Shown one piece after another: positions 1 through 6,101 of a DNA stretch of 56,409 nt (positions within the stretch are counted from its first letter, which is position 1; each line of letters opens with the position of its first letter). Source of the DNA: a virus. A program made the position numbers and the translations under genes. The notes beneath the pieces were generated by a model. That model was not told the DNA's origin, did no database searches, and saw only the letters and a program-made list of their open reading frames with translations. The DNA is taken from the IMG/VR virus record IMGVR_UViG_3300031159_000001; one strand, written 5' to 3'.

Positions 1-127
1 CGCTTTGTACCGCATCAGCCGTTCGAATCGATACCGGTTCCGCATGTGTTGCGGCCGCCGGTCGGTTGCATACGTTGCCGCTTTTCGCGTGTAGAACTGG
101 ATGCGACGAATATGTTCGATCATGTCA
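1..127. repeat. Terminal direct repeat, identical to 56283-56409 (circular assembly overlap)
   Basis: Read directly: both copies run cgctttgtaccgcatcag...atgttcgatcatgtca. A length of 127 nt is typical of a k-mer overlap. Confidence 0.95.
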
Positions 128-138
128 ACACTCCTTTC

Positions 139-432
139 TCAACCCATCCCCGTCAGTCCGAGTATGGTCTGCATAATTTGCAGCCCGTCGAGGCCGCAGA
201 AGTAAGCCACCATCACTTCATGCGCGTTCGTCTCGCGAAGCCAGCGGAGGAAGATTGATGCCGTTGGCTCTTTCGCGCCCGTCTCAAACCTGCTGATGTC
301 GCTTTGGCTGTAGTGGAGCCGGGCTGCCAGTTCTTCTTGGCTCAAGCCGGACCGAACGCGCACAGCGCGTAAGATCGCGCCAATTCCAAAATCGCCTTTC
401 ACGCTCACCCCCCCTTCATGCCAATTTGACAT
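139..432 (-). CDS. XRE/Cro-C1-type helix-turn-helix transcriptional regulator
   Basis: HTH motif GLSQEELAARLHYSQSDISRFETG. The probable true start is GTG 402, behind a G-rich SD. Confidence 0.8.
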   Translation of the reverse strand: MSNWHEGGVSVKGDFGIGAILRAVRVRSGLSQEELAARLHYSQSDISRFETGAKEPTASIFLRWLRETNAHEVMVAYFCGLDGLQIMQTILGLTGMG

Positions 433-490
433 GGTGCAGGGTTTGGTATGTTTGTAAAATCATAGTCGAGCCCGACCCTACACCCCTGTG

Positions 491-523
491 CCGCCAGCTC
501 GCGTTGGGCTGGCGGGTTTTTTG
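491..523 (+). terminator. Intrinsic-terminator-like hairpin oriented on the + strand inside a minus-strand operon
   Basis: Stem ccgccagc-N9-gctggcgg is followed by GTTTTTTG on the + strand only. On the minus strand no U-tract follows. Confidence 0.45.
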
Positions 524-529
524 TTATGC

Positions 530-835
530 TCATGCGCCTTTAAGGCCGCTGGCCCCGGCGCCCTGAGCATTTCGCAATCCTTGTTCTTGCATCCAGCGTT
601 CCAGCGTTGGGATGTGAAAGATATACCTGCTGCGGAGACGAACGTGCGGCACCCGAAATGCCTTTGCCTCGGCCATAAGCGTGTCAACGCTGACTCCGAG
701 GAAATCAGCTGCAACATCAGCGTTGACGCCTTTTTCGTGTTTGCCCGATGCAGCGCGCTCGGCCTCCTGCCGGATCAACTGCTGGAGCTCGTCCATGGTC
801 ATCGTGATCTCGGGCATGCTGATCGCTCCTTTCAT
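530..835 (-). CDS. Excisionase/MerR-like (HTH_17-type) DNA-binding protein, possible Xis or early regulator
   Basis: VAADFLGVSVDTLMAEAKAFRVPHVRLRSRYIFHIPTLERW resembles the excisionase-family HTH. ATGA overlap with the cro-like stop. Confidence 0.6.
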   Translation of the reverse strand: MKGAISMPEITMTMDELQQLIRQEAERAASGKHEKGVNADVAADFLGVSVDTLMAEAKAFRVPHVRLRSRYIFHIPTLERWMQEQGLRNAQGAGASGLKGA

Positions 836-1089
836 GCGGATTCTGCGTCGCGGGCACTATTGCCGTTTTTACAAACCCTGTCTTGTTCCTTACGGGAACA
901 TTGCTCGTCAAAAAAAAGAGTCCAATTAAACCCCAATGTTTCGGCAATCGACTTTGCGACTTCAACAGAAGGGGTTTTCATGCCGGATTCAATAGATGTG
1001 TAGTACGAACGCGAAATTCCGGCGTTCTCTGCAACCGTTTCTTGGGTCAGACTCCTTTGCTCTCGCGCTTCTTTCAGCCAGGACCTCAC
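832..1089 (-). CDS. Cro-like XRE HTH repressor, first gene of the leftward early operon
   Basis: HTH motif SLTQETVAENAGISRSYYTSIESG. GTG 1089 has GGAGG 8 nt upstream. The ORF-track start at 1167 lies upstream of the -10 box of its own promoter, so it was not used. Confidence 0.8.
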   Translation of the reverse strand: MRSWLKEAREQRSLTQETVAENAGISRSYYTSIESGMKTPSVEVAKSIAETLGFNWTLFFDEQCSRKEQDRVCKNGNSARDAESA

Positions 1090-1135
1090 CTCTTTCACCT
1101 CCGTGCAGTTCCTTATAGTAACATCGACTAGTTTA

Positions 1136-1164
1136 AGTATATGTTCCTTTCGGAAACATGTCAA
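1136..1164 (-). promoter_or_regulatory. Early leftward promoter TTGACA-17-TATACT
   Basis: The minus strand reads TTGACA (1164-1159), a 17-nt spacer, then TATACT (1141-1136), about 45 nt upstream of GTG 1089. Confidence 0.7.
1141..1159. promoter_or_regulatory. Operator OL: ATGTTCCTTTCGGAAACAT (ATGTT-N9-AACAT inverted pentamers)
   Basis: Fills the spacer of the leftward promoter. 17/19 identical to the site at 1198-1216. Confidence 0.65.
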
Positions 1165-1171
1165 CAATAAA

Positions 1172-1190
1172 TTTATACTTTCAGTAACAT
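1172..1190. promoter_or_regulatory. Operator-like variant/half-site TTTATACTTTCAGTAACAT
   Basis: Shares the right half CTTTC(A/G)G(T/A/C)AACAT with the two flanking operators. The left half is degenerate. Confidence 0.4.
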
Positions 1191-1191
1191 T

Positions 1192-1222
1192 TTGTTTATG
1201 TTTCTTTCGGCAACATTATAAT
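1192..1222 (+). promoter_or_regulatory. Rightward (lysogeny) promoter: TATAAT at 1217-1222 with a weak TTGTTT -35
   Basis: Consensus -10 about 20 nt upstream of the CI-like start. The weak -35 fits an activated or autoregulated maintenance promoter. Confidence 0.5.
1198..1216. promoter_or_regulatory. Operator OR: ATGTTTCTTTCGGCAACAT
   Basis: Abuts the -10 box of the rightward promoter. Near-identical to OL. Confidence 0.65.
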
Positions 1223-1241
1223 TAGGGGTATCAACAAAAGA

Positions 1242-1658
1242 GTGGTGTTAATGATGGATGGATTCGGGCGTAGATTGAAGGCGCTGAGGGAGTCAAGAAA
1301 AATAAAGGATCCTAGGTGGACTCAAGAATATGTTGCGGACTTAATTGGGGTTGCTCGCTCTACTTATACCGCATATGAAAACGGAACGAAGCAACCCCCT
1401 TTGGAGACGGTCTCAAAAATTGCAGATTTGTTTGCTAGTAACGTTGATTATCTTCTCGGACGCAATCATGATCCAAAGCCAAGGAATGTGACAAACGATG
1501 ATCTGGACGAGGACGAGCGAAGATTTATTGAACAACTTCGTGAAGTAGCAAATGAATACGGGGTCGAACTAACTGACCCCGCTTTTCTGAAGGCACTCGA
1601 TGCAGCGTTTGATCTGGCGAAAAGAATTAGGGGATCGGAGGATCAACGAAACCAGTGA
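1242..1658 (+). CDS. CI-like XRE HTH repressor with a C-terminal extension
   Basis: HTH motif WTQEYVADLIGVARSTYTAYENG. Divergent from the cro-like gene across the operators. Start is GTG 1242 or ATG 1251/1254. Confidence 0.8.
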   Translation: MVLMMDGFGRRLKALRESRKIKDPRWTQEYVADLIGVARSTYTAYENGTKQPPLETVSKIADLFASNVDYLLGRNHDPKPRNVTNDDLDEDERRFIEQLREVANEYGVELTDPAFLKALDAAFDLAKRIRGSEDQRNQ

Positions 1659-1753
1659 TGCAACCATATTCTCATCGATGCAATCTTCTTCAAACTCTCG
1701 ACCAATTTTGACGTCTTCCATGGCTCTGATCCTCCGTTTCCTTGTCGTATAGA

Positions 1754-1782
1754 TAAAAAAATTGCGGTTGCCAGCGGTAACC
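1754..1782 (-). terminator. Minus-strand terminator-like hairpin between the CI-like gene and the int sub-operon
   Basis: The minus strand reads GGTTACC-gct-GGCAACC followed by gcaaTTTTTTTa. It is antisense to the surrounding + genes. Confidence 0.4.
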
Positions 1783-1807
1783 ACTATTGTAAGTTCCAGC
1801 GCTCACA

Positions 1808-1826
1808 GTTCTATTTTATATAGAAC
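1808..1826. promoter_or_regulatory. 19-bp perfect palindrome GTTCTAT-tttat-ATAGAAC
   Basis: Read directly. It lies about 40 nt upstream of the next + gene and is a possible regulator binding site. Confidence 0.35.
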
Positions 1827-1864
1827 ATGTGTTCGTATCAAGGTGATTATTTCTAAAAGGGGGT

Positions 1865-2083
1865 GTGCCCGTGATTGTGTTCATCTTAACTTGCGTAGTA
1901 GTGGGGTTGTTTCTCGGCGTCATTTTAGCCGGCGGAAATGGAATAATCACGCTTTTTTCCGATCCTATCGAGTGCCCAGCATGCGGTCGAAAGATCAAGG
2001 TCCGGGGCAATTCTACGCGCTGCTATAAATGCAGGTCGAAATTGTACAAGCACGCCAATGGTCGGTACATGGTGCGACAATAA
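1865..2083 (+). CDS. Small membrane-anchored zinc-ribbon protein
   Basis: Hydrophobic helix VIVFILTCVVVGLFLGVILAG, then CPACG...CYKC. AAGGGGG SD. Start is GTG 1865 or 1871. Confidence 0.6.
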   Translation: MPVIVFILTCVVVGLFLGVILAGGNGIITLFSDPIECPACGRKIKVRGNSTRCYKCRSKLYKHANGRYMVRQ

Positions 2084-2099
2084 GATGGAGGTGAGTATC

Positions 2100-2387
2100 A
2101 TGGGGCTCAGATATCGTCTACAAGTCGATATGAATCAGAAAAAGATTGCTATTCTCAAACCTAATGAGCAACATCTTCCAGACGAACAAAAGACGTTTTT
2201 TATCGAACTCTCGTTCGGAACATCCGATGAGCAGACGGTCATGCTGACGGCCGATGACCTCATCGTCGACGAGACCGGCCGGATCGGCATCGACCGCGGG
2301 CGACTCGGTGAAATTCCGGCCGGCGCACGTTTTGGGATTGAACCGGACGAATTAAGAAAATTCAGAGATAGATGGAAACAGGGATAG
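2100..2387 (+). CDS. Hypothetical protein
   Basis: ATG 2100 is preceded by GGAGG, whereas the ORF-track start at 2058 has no SD. No recognisable domain. Confidence 0.6.
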   Translation: MGLRYRLQVDMNQKKIAILKPNEQHLPDEQKTFFIELSFGTSDEQTVMLTADDLIVDETGRIGIDRGRLGEIPAGARFGIEPDELRKFRDRWKQG

Positions 2388-2391
2388 CATC

Positions 2392-3789
2392 ATGGCGAAG
2401 GGCACGTTTGAGCGTCGCGGCGAAAATTCCTGGCGCCTCACCGTCGATTTGGGGTTCAACGCCCTGGGCGAACGTGAGCGGCGCAGGAAAACGATCTCGA
2501 TCGAGGAAGGTCCGGTATTGAAGGCAGTGCAGAAACTGATGGAGGTGAATCCGGACATTCTCAAATCTTCGGCCTCGCTGAATCGGTTCCTCAAGAACGG
2601 CGGGTCAGCGGATCTCGTCAGGCATGCGAATAAGGTAAAGCAGTTCTTTGACGAGGAGCTCATGCGGCTGAAGGTCGAGGCTGAAACCAGCAATCCGAAA
2701 GAGGTTCCGGAGAAAATGCCTTTTCGGGACTTGGCGAAAATTTGGCGGGAGAAGTATGCACCAGGCAACTATTCTCCTCGTACTTTGGTAAATTATCTCG
2801 ACCGGCTCGATTCTCATGTCATTCCTTATTTTGAGCGGTATTTCGTGGACGAGATCAAACCGCTGCATGTGCTGGATTTCAAAGACTACCTGACGAAGCC
2901 AGAAGCAAGGATGGACGGAAAGGATATCCCCCTTTCTCCCAGTGCCCAGCTCAACATTTTCAAGGTATTCGTCGCAGTCATGAATGCTGCGGTCGATCTG
3001 AAACTGATCAAAGATAACCCGGCGAAATCCGTCCCGGCCCCGAAGGTCCCGAAGAAAAAGAGGCAGAACGCATATGGCGACGAAGAAGCGATCCGGGCGA
3101 TTCTGGCGATGCTTCAGCTTCCATCTGTCTGGCGGCTCTACTACTTTGGCGCCATGATGGGCGGGTTCCGGCGCGGCGAGCTGCTGGCTCTCGAATGGTC
3201 TGACGTCGATTTTGAGAACAACCGCATATTCATCGGGAAAAGCATCTCGTGGACCCAAAATGGACAACCTATGATCAAGGGTACCAAAGAGGATAACGAA
3301 GAATGGGTCGATATGCCGGCATGGTATATGCGCGAACTGAAGGCATTCAAGAAGGAATGGAAGAAAGAAAAGCTAGCTATTCCTGAAAAAGAATGGCTCG
3401 GCGGAGAGTACGAGTTTGTTTTCCACTCCGGCTATGGTAAGCCGTATTACCACGATACTCCAACGCACACATGGCGGAAGTTTCTGAAGAAGCACGGGCT
3501 TCGTCACATTCGCCTCCACGATCTCCGTCATACAACGGCGACGCTGCTCGCCGAAGATGGTGTTGACCTGAAACTGATCCAGGAACGTCTCCGTCATGCC
3601 AAGTATGAGACGACGGCCGATTTTTATACGCACGTCACCAAGAAAGCCAGCCGCGGAGTCGCCAACCGACTCGAAAAATTCGATCCGCTGCAGCTTGCTG
3701 CCTCGCTGGGGACAAATTGGGGACAATCCGAATCAGAAATTATCGATCTCAACCGGTTCAGATACCTCAAACGAAAACACGAGCCTTGA
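2392..3789 (+). CDS. int: Tyrosine-recombinase integrase
   Basis: Catalytic boxes GFRRGELLALEWSDVD, HDLRHTTATLL and RLRHAKYETTADFYTH. The attP lies immediately downstream. Confidence 0.95.
   Translation: MAKGTFERRGENSWRLTVDLGFNALGERERRRKTISIEEGPVLKAVQKLMEVNPDILKSSASLNRFLKNGGSADLVRHANKVKQFFDEELMRLKVEAETSNPKEVPEKMPFRDLAKIWREKYAPGNYSPRTLVNYLDRLDSHVIPYFERYFVDEIKPLHVLDFKDYLTKPEARMDGKDIPLSPSAQLNIFKVFVAVMNAAVDLKLIKDNPAKSVPAPKVPKKKRQNAYGDEEAIRAILAMLQLPSVWRLYYFGAMMGGFRRGELLALEWSDVDFENNRIFIGKSISWTQNGQPMIKGTKEDNEEWVDMPAWYMRELKAFKKEWKKEKLAIPEKEWLGGEYEFVFHSGYGKPYYHDTPTHTWRKFLKKHGLRHIRLHDLRHTTATLLAEDGVDLKLIQERLRHAKYETTADFYTHVTKKASRGVANRLEKFDPLQLAASLGTNWGQSESEIIDLNRFRYLKRKHEP
3707..3727 (+). repeat. Arm-type repeat pair TGGGGACAAAT-TGGGGACAAT (putative P arm integrase sites)
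   Basis: A tandem 10-mer within the int 3' end. A near-identical pair sits at 3980-4000 on the other side of the tRNA-like core. Confidence 0.5.
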
Positions 3790-3842
3790 AATATCGGCCT
3801 TCTTCGGGTATAATCAGTTTCCGTCGGGAGTTGCAATCCAGA

Positions 3843-3886
3843 TTCCCAAGCTTGAGACGAGGGTTCGATTCCCTTCACCCGCTCCA
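3843..3886 (+). other. attP core: 3' 44 nt of a tRNA-Gly(CCC)-like gene (anticodon loop to CCA)
   Basis: ttcccaa/gcttg/agac/gaggg-ttcgatt-ccctt/cacccgc/t/cca folds as anticodon loop, 3' anticodon stem, variable loop, T arm, acceptor strand, discriminator U and CCA. No matching 5' half is found upstream. Confidence 0.7.
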
Positions 3887-3904
3887 TACTACAAATCGCT
3901 GAGA

Positions 3905-3935
3905 AGCCTTGATACACAAGGCTCCTTTCGTTTTC
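3905..3935 (+). terminator. Rho-independent terminator after int and the tRNA fragment
   Basis: Stem-loop agccttg-ataca-caaggct followed by cctttcgttttct. Confidence 0.6.
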
Positions 3936-3979
3936 TGAAAATCATCATCAAGACCTCAAACCAGCGTCAAGAACCCCGA

Positions 3980-4000
3980 TGGGGACAATTTGGGGACATT
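3980..4000 (+). repeat. Arm-type repeat pair TGGGGACAATT-TGGGGACATT (putative P' arm)
   Basis: Same tandem 10-mer family and same orientation as 3707-3727. Confidence 0.5.
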
Positions 4001-4157
4001 TTCGCTGACATTTAAATAGCGAGTGCTCCGGAAATCCATAAAATTGTTGAATTTTGAGCTCATAGGCCGATTTACTTTTTTCATCATTACGCTATAATTG
4101 AATGCATAAAAGCGGGGAGTCCTGCATATGATAATGCAGGAAGGAGGTCAACCTGGT

Positions 4158-4325
4158 ATGGCTACTAGCAGCATTACGCAAAATATCGTTATTAAAGATA
4201 AAAAAAGCAGCCGGAGGTTGATTTCTGCTCTGGAGAACGCAGATAAAAAAAGTGCCGCGGACGTATCATTATCGAAAATGCACCGAGTAATTCGCGGCGA
4301 CACGATCAAAGAAATTTTTAAATGA
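4158..4325 (+). CDS. Small protein overlapping the GNAT gene start, putative antitoxin
   Basis: ATG 4158 lies 10 nt after GGAGG. The stop overlaps the GNAT start (ATGA at 4322-4325). AT-rich, 55 aa, no recognisable fold. Confidence 0.55.
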   Translation: MATSSITQNIVIKDKKSSRRLISALENADKKSAADVSLSKMHRVIRGDTIKEIFK

Positions 4326-4936
4326 CCCTAAAGGGGTATGTTGAGGTCTCCCTGCTAGATCTTATAGATAAACTCGGAGAGGATCATGTTAAAGAGATTC
4401 TTTCCGATTTTTCATGTCCACTGAATAAAGACGTTGAATATTTTCTGAAAAATCGGGCCATTGAATTCGCCAAACAAAGTATTACCCAAACTCACACAGT
4501 TTTCATTCAGTTTCAAGGCAAGCCGAGATTGGTCGGGTATTACTCATTGACCCAAAAATCCATCTCCGTGAAAGACGAGGGCCTTTCCAAAACACTGCGA
4601 AGAAGAATTGGCAAGTTTGGCACAAGAGACGTAAACAATAAAGGATATATTCTTCCCGCACCTCTGATAGCGCAACTCGGGAAAAATTTTACCGATGGCT
4701 TGAACACTCAGATTTCAGGGGACGAATTGCTTAAAATGGCATTAGATCAATTGCGCTTTATCCAACAGTTGATAGGTGGAAGAGTTGTCTATTTGGAATG
4801 TGAAGATAAGCCTAAACTAATCGATTTTTATTCTAGGAATGGATTCGTGAAATTCGGTGAAAGAACAAGAGATTCCGAGGATGAAGGTAGAATTGAAGGC
4901 CAATACTTAGTCCAGATGCTAAAAGTGTTGAAGTAA
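4322..4936 (+). CDS. GNAT-fold acetyltransferase resembling TacT/AtaT/KacT-type toxins
   Basis: N-terminal FSCPLNKDVEYFLKNRA motif and C-terminal VVYLECEDKPKLIDFYSRNGFVKFG GNAT core. The two-gene overlapping arrangement matches that of GNAT toxins. Confidence 0.65.
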   Translation: MTLKGYVEVSLLDLIDKLGEDHVKEILSDFSCPLNKDVEYFLKNRAIEFAKQSITQTHTVFIQFQGKPRLVGYYSLTQKSISVKDEGLSKTLRRRIGKFGTRDVNNKGYILPAPLIAQLGKNFTDGLNTQISGDELLKMALDQLRFIQQLIGGRVVYLECEDKPKLIDFYSRNGFVKFGERTRDSEDEGRIEGQYLVQMLKVLK

Positions 4937-4948
4937 CGACGCCCCGGA

Positions 4949-5308
4949 TTACCATCCGGGGCGTTCTGCTGCCAAAATATCCAGGAACGGCACCTTCTCC
5001 ACTTTGCCGAAATGCGCAATATGCACCCGACGCGTTTCCGGATCCATCTTCACGATTTTTCCCCGGATCGGGATGTCGCGGCCCCAGATCGTGATCTCGA
5101 GTTCTCGGCCCTCCTCCATCGCATCCTGCAGCCGGCCGGCCAACTCCTCGAGCTCGAATTCGTCGCGGACCGGTCTCTTCGGTTTTGCCATGGCAATTTC
5201 CTCCCTGTGGCGCACAAGCGCCTCTTTGTGTTCTGGAATGATCATCCGGCTTCCTTCCCACAGCAGGTTACTACCTGGTGTCAATTTCGTGCGCTTGATT
5301 CCAACCAC
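4949..5308 (-). CDS. YolD-like protein
   Basis: NLLWEGSRMIIPEHKEAL...ITIWGRDIPIRGKIVKMDPETRRVHI matches the YolD-like pattern. Start set to GTG 5308. The ORF-track N-terminus overlaps the RHH gene. Confidence 0.65.
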   Translation of the reverse strand: MVGIKRTKLTPGSNLLWEGSRMIIPEHKEALVRHREEIAMAKPKRPVRDEFELEELAGRLQDAMEEGRELEITIWGRDIPIRGKIVKMDPETRRVHIAHFGKVEKVPFLDILAAERPGW

Positions 5309-5402
5309 CCCCGTGTAAGCGATTATATACGAACATACGTTCCTATTCAAGACAAAAGAAAGGGCCGCAGCGGTGCTTCCGCATACGGCTATACTTATCT
5401 TA

Positions 5403-5597
5403 CTAAATCTGGTTAATACGATCAACCTTTTCTTCCAATGCTGCTATGATAAATTCATTCAAGCTCATGCCAGCTTTTTTGGCTGCCGCTTCGTACACCG
5501 CCTTCCGCCCCTTCGGAACATACGGATACAGCCGGTCATAGTTTGCCGCATTGTATTTGTTCTTGGCCCGCGTTGAAGCTTTTCCTTTCCGCTCCAT
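5403..5597 (-). CDS. Ribbon-helix-helix (Arc/CopG-like) DNA-binding protein
   Basis: GAGGTG SD 7 nt before the ATG. A basic N-terminal strand region is followed by GMSLNEFIIAALEEKV, typical of RHH proteins. Confidence 0.7.
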   Translation of the reverse strand: MERKGKASTRAKNKYNAANYDRLYPYVPKGRKAVYEAAAKKAGMSLNEFIIAALEEKVDRINQI

Positions 5598-5633
5598 TGA
5601 TCATCACCTCAACCTCATCATATCAAAATAAAA

Positions 5634-5651
5634 ATACTCACGCTAGTATAT
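5634..5651. promoter_or_regulatory. Operator copy 1 ATACTCACGCTAGTATAT (ATACT-N6-AGTAT)
   Basis: 17/18 identical to copy 2, 32 bp away. Lies in the promoter region of the RHH gene. Confidence 0.6.
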
Positions 5652-5657
5652 TTTTTC

Positions 5658-5686
5658 TTGACTATATACTCACGTTAGTATATAAT
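5658..5686 (+). promoter_or_regulatory. Promoter TTGACT-17-TATAAT
   Basis: Read directly. The spacer is occupied by operator copy 2. AAAGGAGG SD lies downstream. Confidence 0.7.
5666..5683. promoter_or_regulatory. Operator copy 2 ATACTCACGTTAGTATAT
   Basis: Fills the spacer and first bases of the -10 box of the + promoter. Confidence 0.6.
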
Positions 5687-5714
5687 TATAGGTAGAAAGG
5701 AGGTGAACAAGAGG

Positions 5715-5921
5715 ATGGACAAGCATACCATGAGGGCTTTCGAAAAGCTCCAAAAACGCGAACACCTCCTGCGGGTGCTGAATGACCGGTTGGCGCGCGG
5801 TATCATCACCCCGGAGGAGTTCGAGAAAGAGCAGACCAGCATCTTCGTGGTAACAGAACTGACCGACGAAGAACGCCGAGCCTACCGCCAGTATAACAGT
5901 CGGTCACGAAAAAGCAAGTAA
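5715..5921 (+). CDS. Small SHOCT-like domain protein
   Basis: LLRVLNDRLARGIITPEEFEKEQ resembles the SHOCT motif L..L...G.IT.EEFE..K. The ATG at 5715 is preferred over GTG 5703, which overlaps the SD. Confidence 0.55.
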   Translation: MDKHTMRAFEKLQKREHLLRVLNDRLARGIITPEEFEKEQTSIFVVTELTDEERRAYRQYNSRSRKSK

Positions 5922-5927
5922 TTCAGC

Positions 5928-5960
5928 GAAGGGAGCCGATCAGGCTCCCTTCCTCCGTTT
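5928..5960. terminator. Hairpin between convergent transcription units
   Basis: gaagggagcc-gatca-ggctcccttc forms a 10-bp stem. The U-tracts are weak in both directions. Confidence 0.5.
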
Positions 5961-6095
5961 AGTAACGAACCGAATCTTCCCCGCATATGAATCGTCCAAT
6001 AAGTCGGACATCTCTTGAAACGTCAACAGTACAGCCGGGATCAAGATGTTCCCGTAAACGAAATAGTCAAGGTAACGCCCCTTGCTTCGCTTCAT
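5940..6095 (-). CDS. Small predicted membrane protein (51 aa, below the ORF-track cut-off)
   Basis: ATG 6095 lies 6 nt after GGAAGGTGA and 7 nt after the upstream stop. Hydrophobic stretch YFVYGNILIPAVLLTF. The stop falls inside the hairpin. Confidence 0.4.
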   Translation of the reverse strand: MKRSKGRYLDYFVYGNILIPAVLLTFQEMSDLLDDSYAGKIRFVTKRRKGA

Positions 6096-6101
6096 ACCAT
6101 C

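Noticed and set aside
1569-1784. Minus-strand ORF overlapping the 3' end of the CI-like gene (an internal ATG at 1721 has GGAGG 9 nt upstream)
   Set aside because: It overlaps about 90 nt of the repressor gene in antisense and starts right after a minus-strand terminator-like hairpin with no promoter in between. Kept only as a remote possibility.
3790-3886. Complete tRNA gene
   Set aside because: Only the anticodon loop to CCA can be folded. The sequence upstream cannot form the 5' anticodon stem, D arm or acceptor 5' strand (no GCGGGTG). Interpreted as the attP core.
4939-4964. 10-bp hairpin between the GNAT and YolD-like genes as a terminator
   Set aside because: No U-tract on either strand, and it overlaps the YolD-like coding end. 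It may still stabilise 3' ends.
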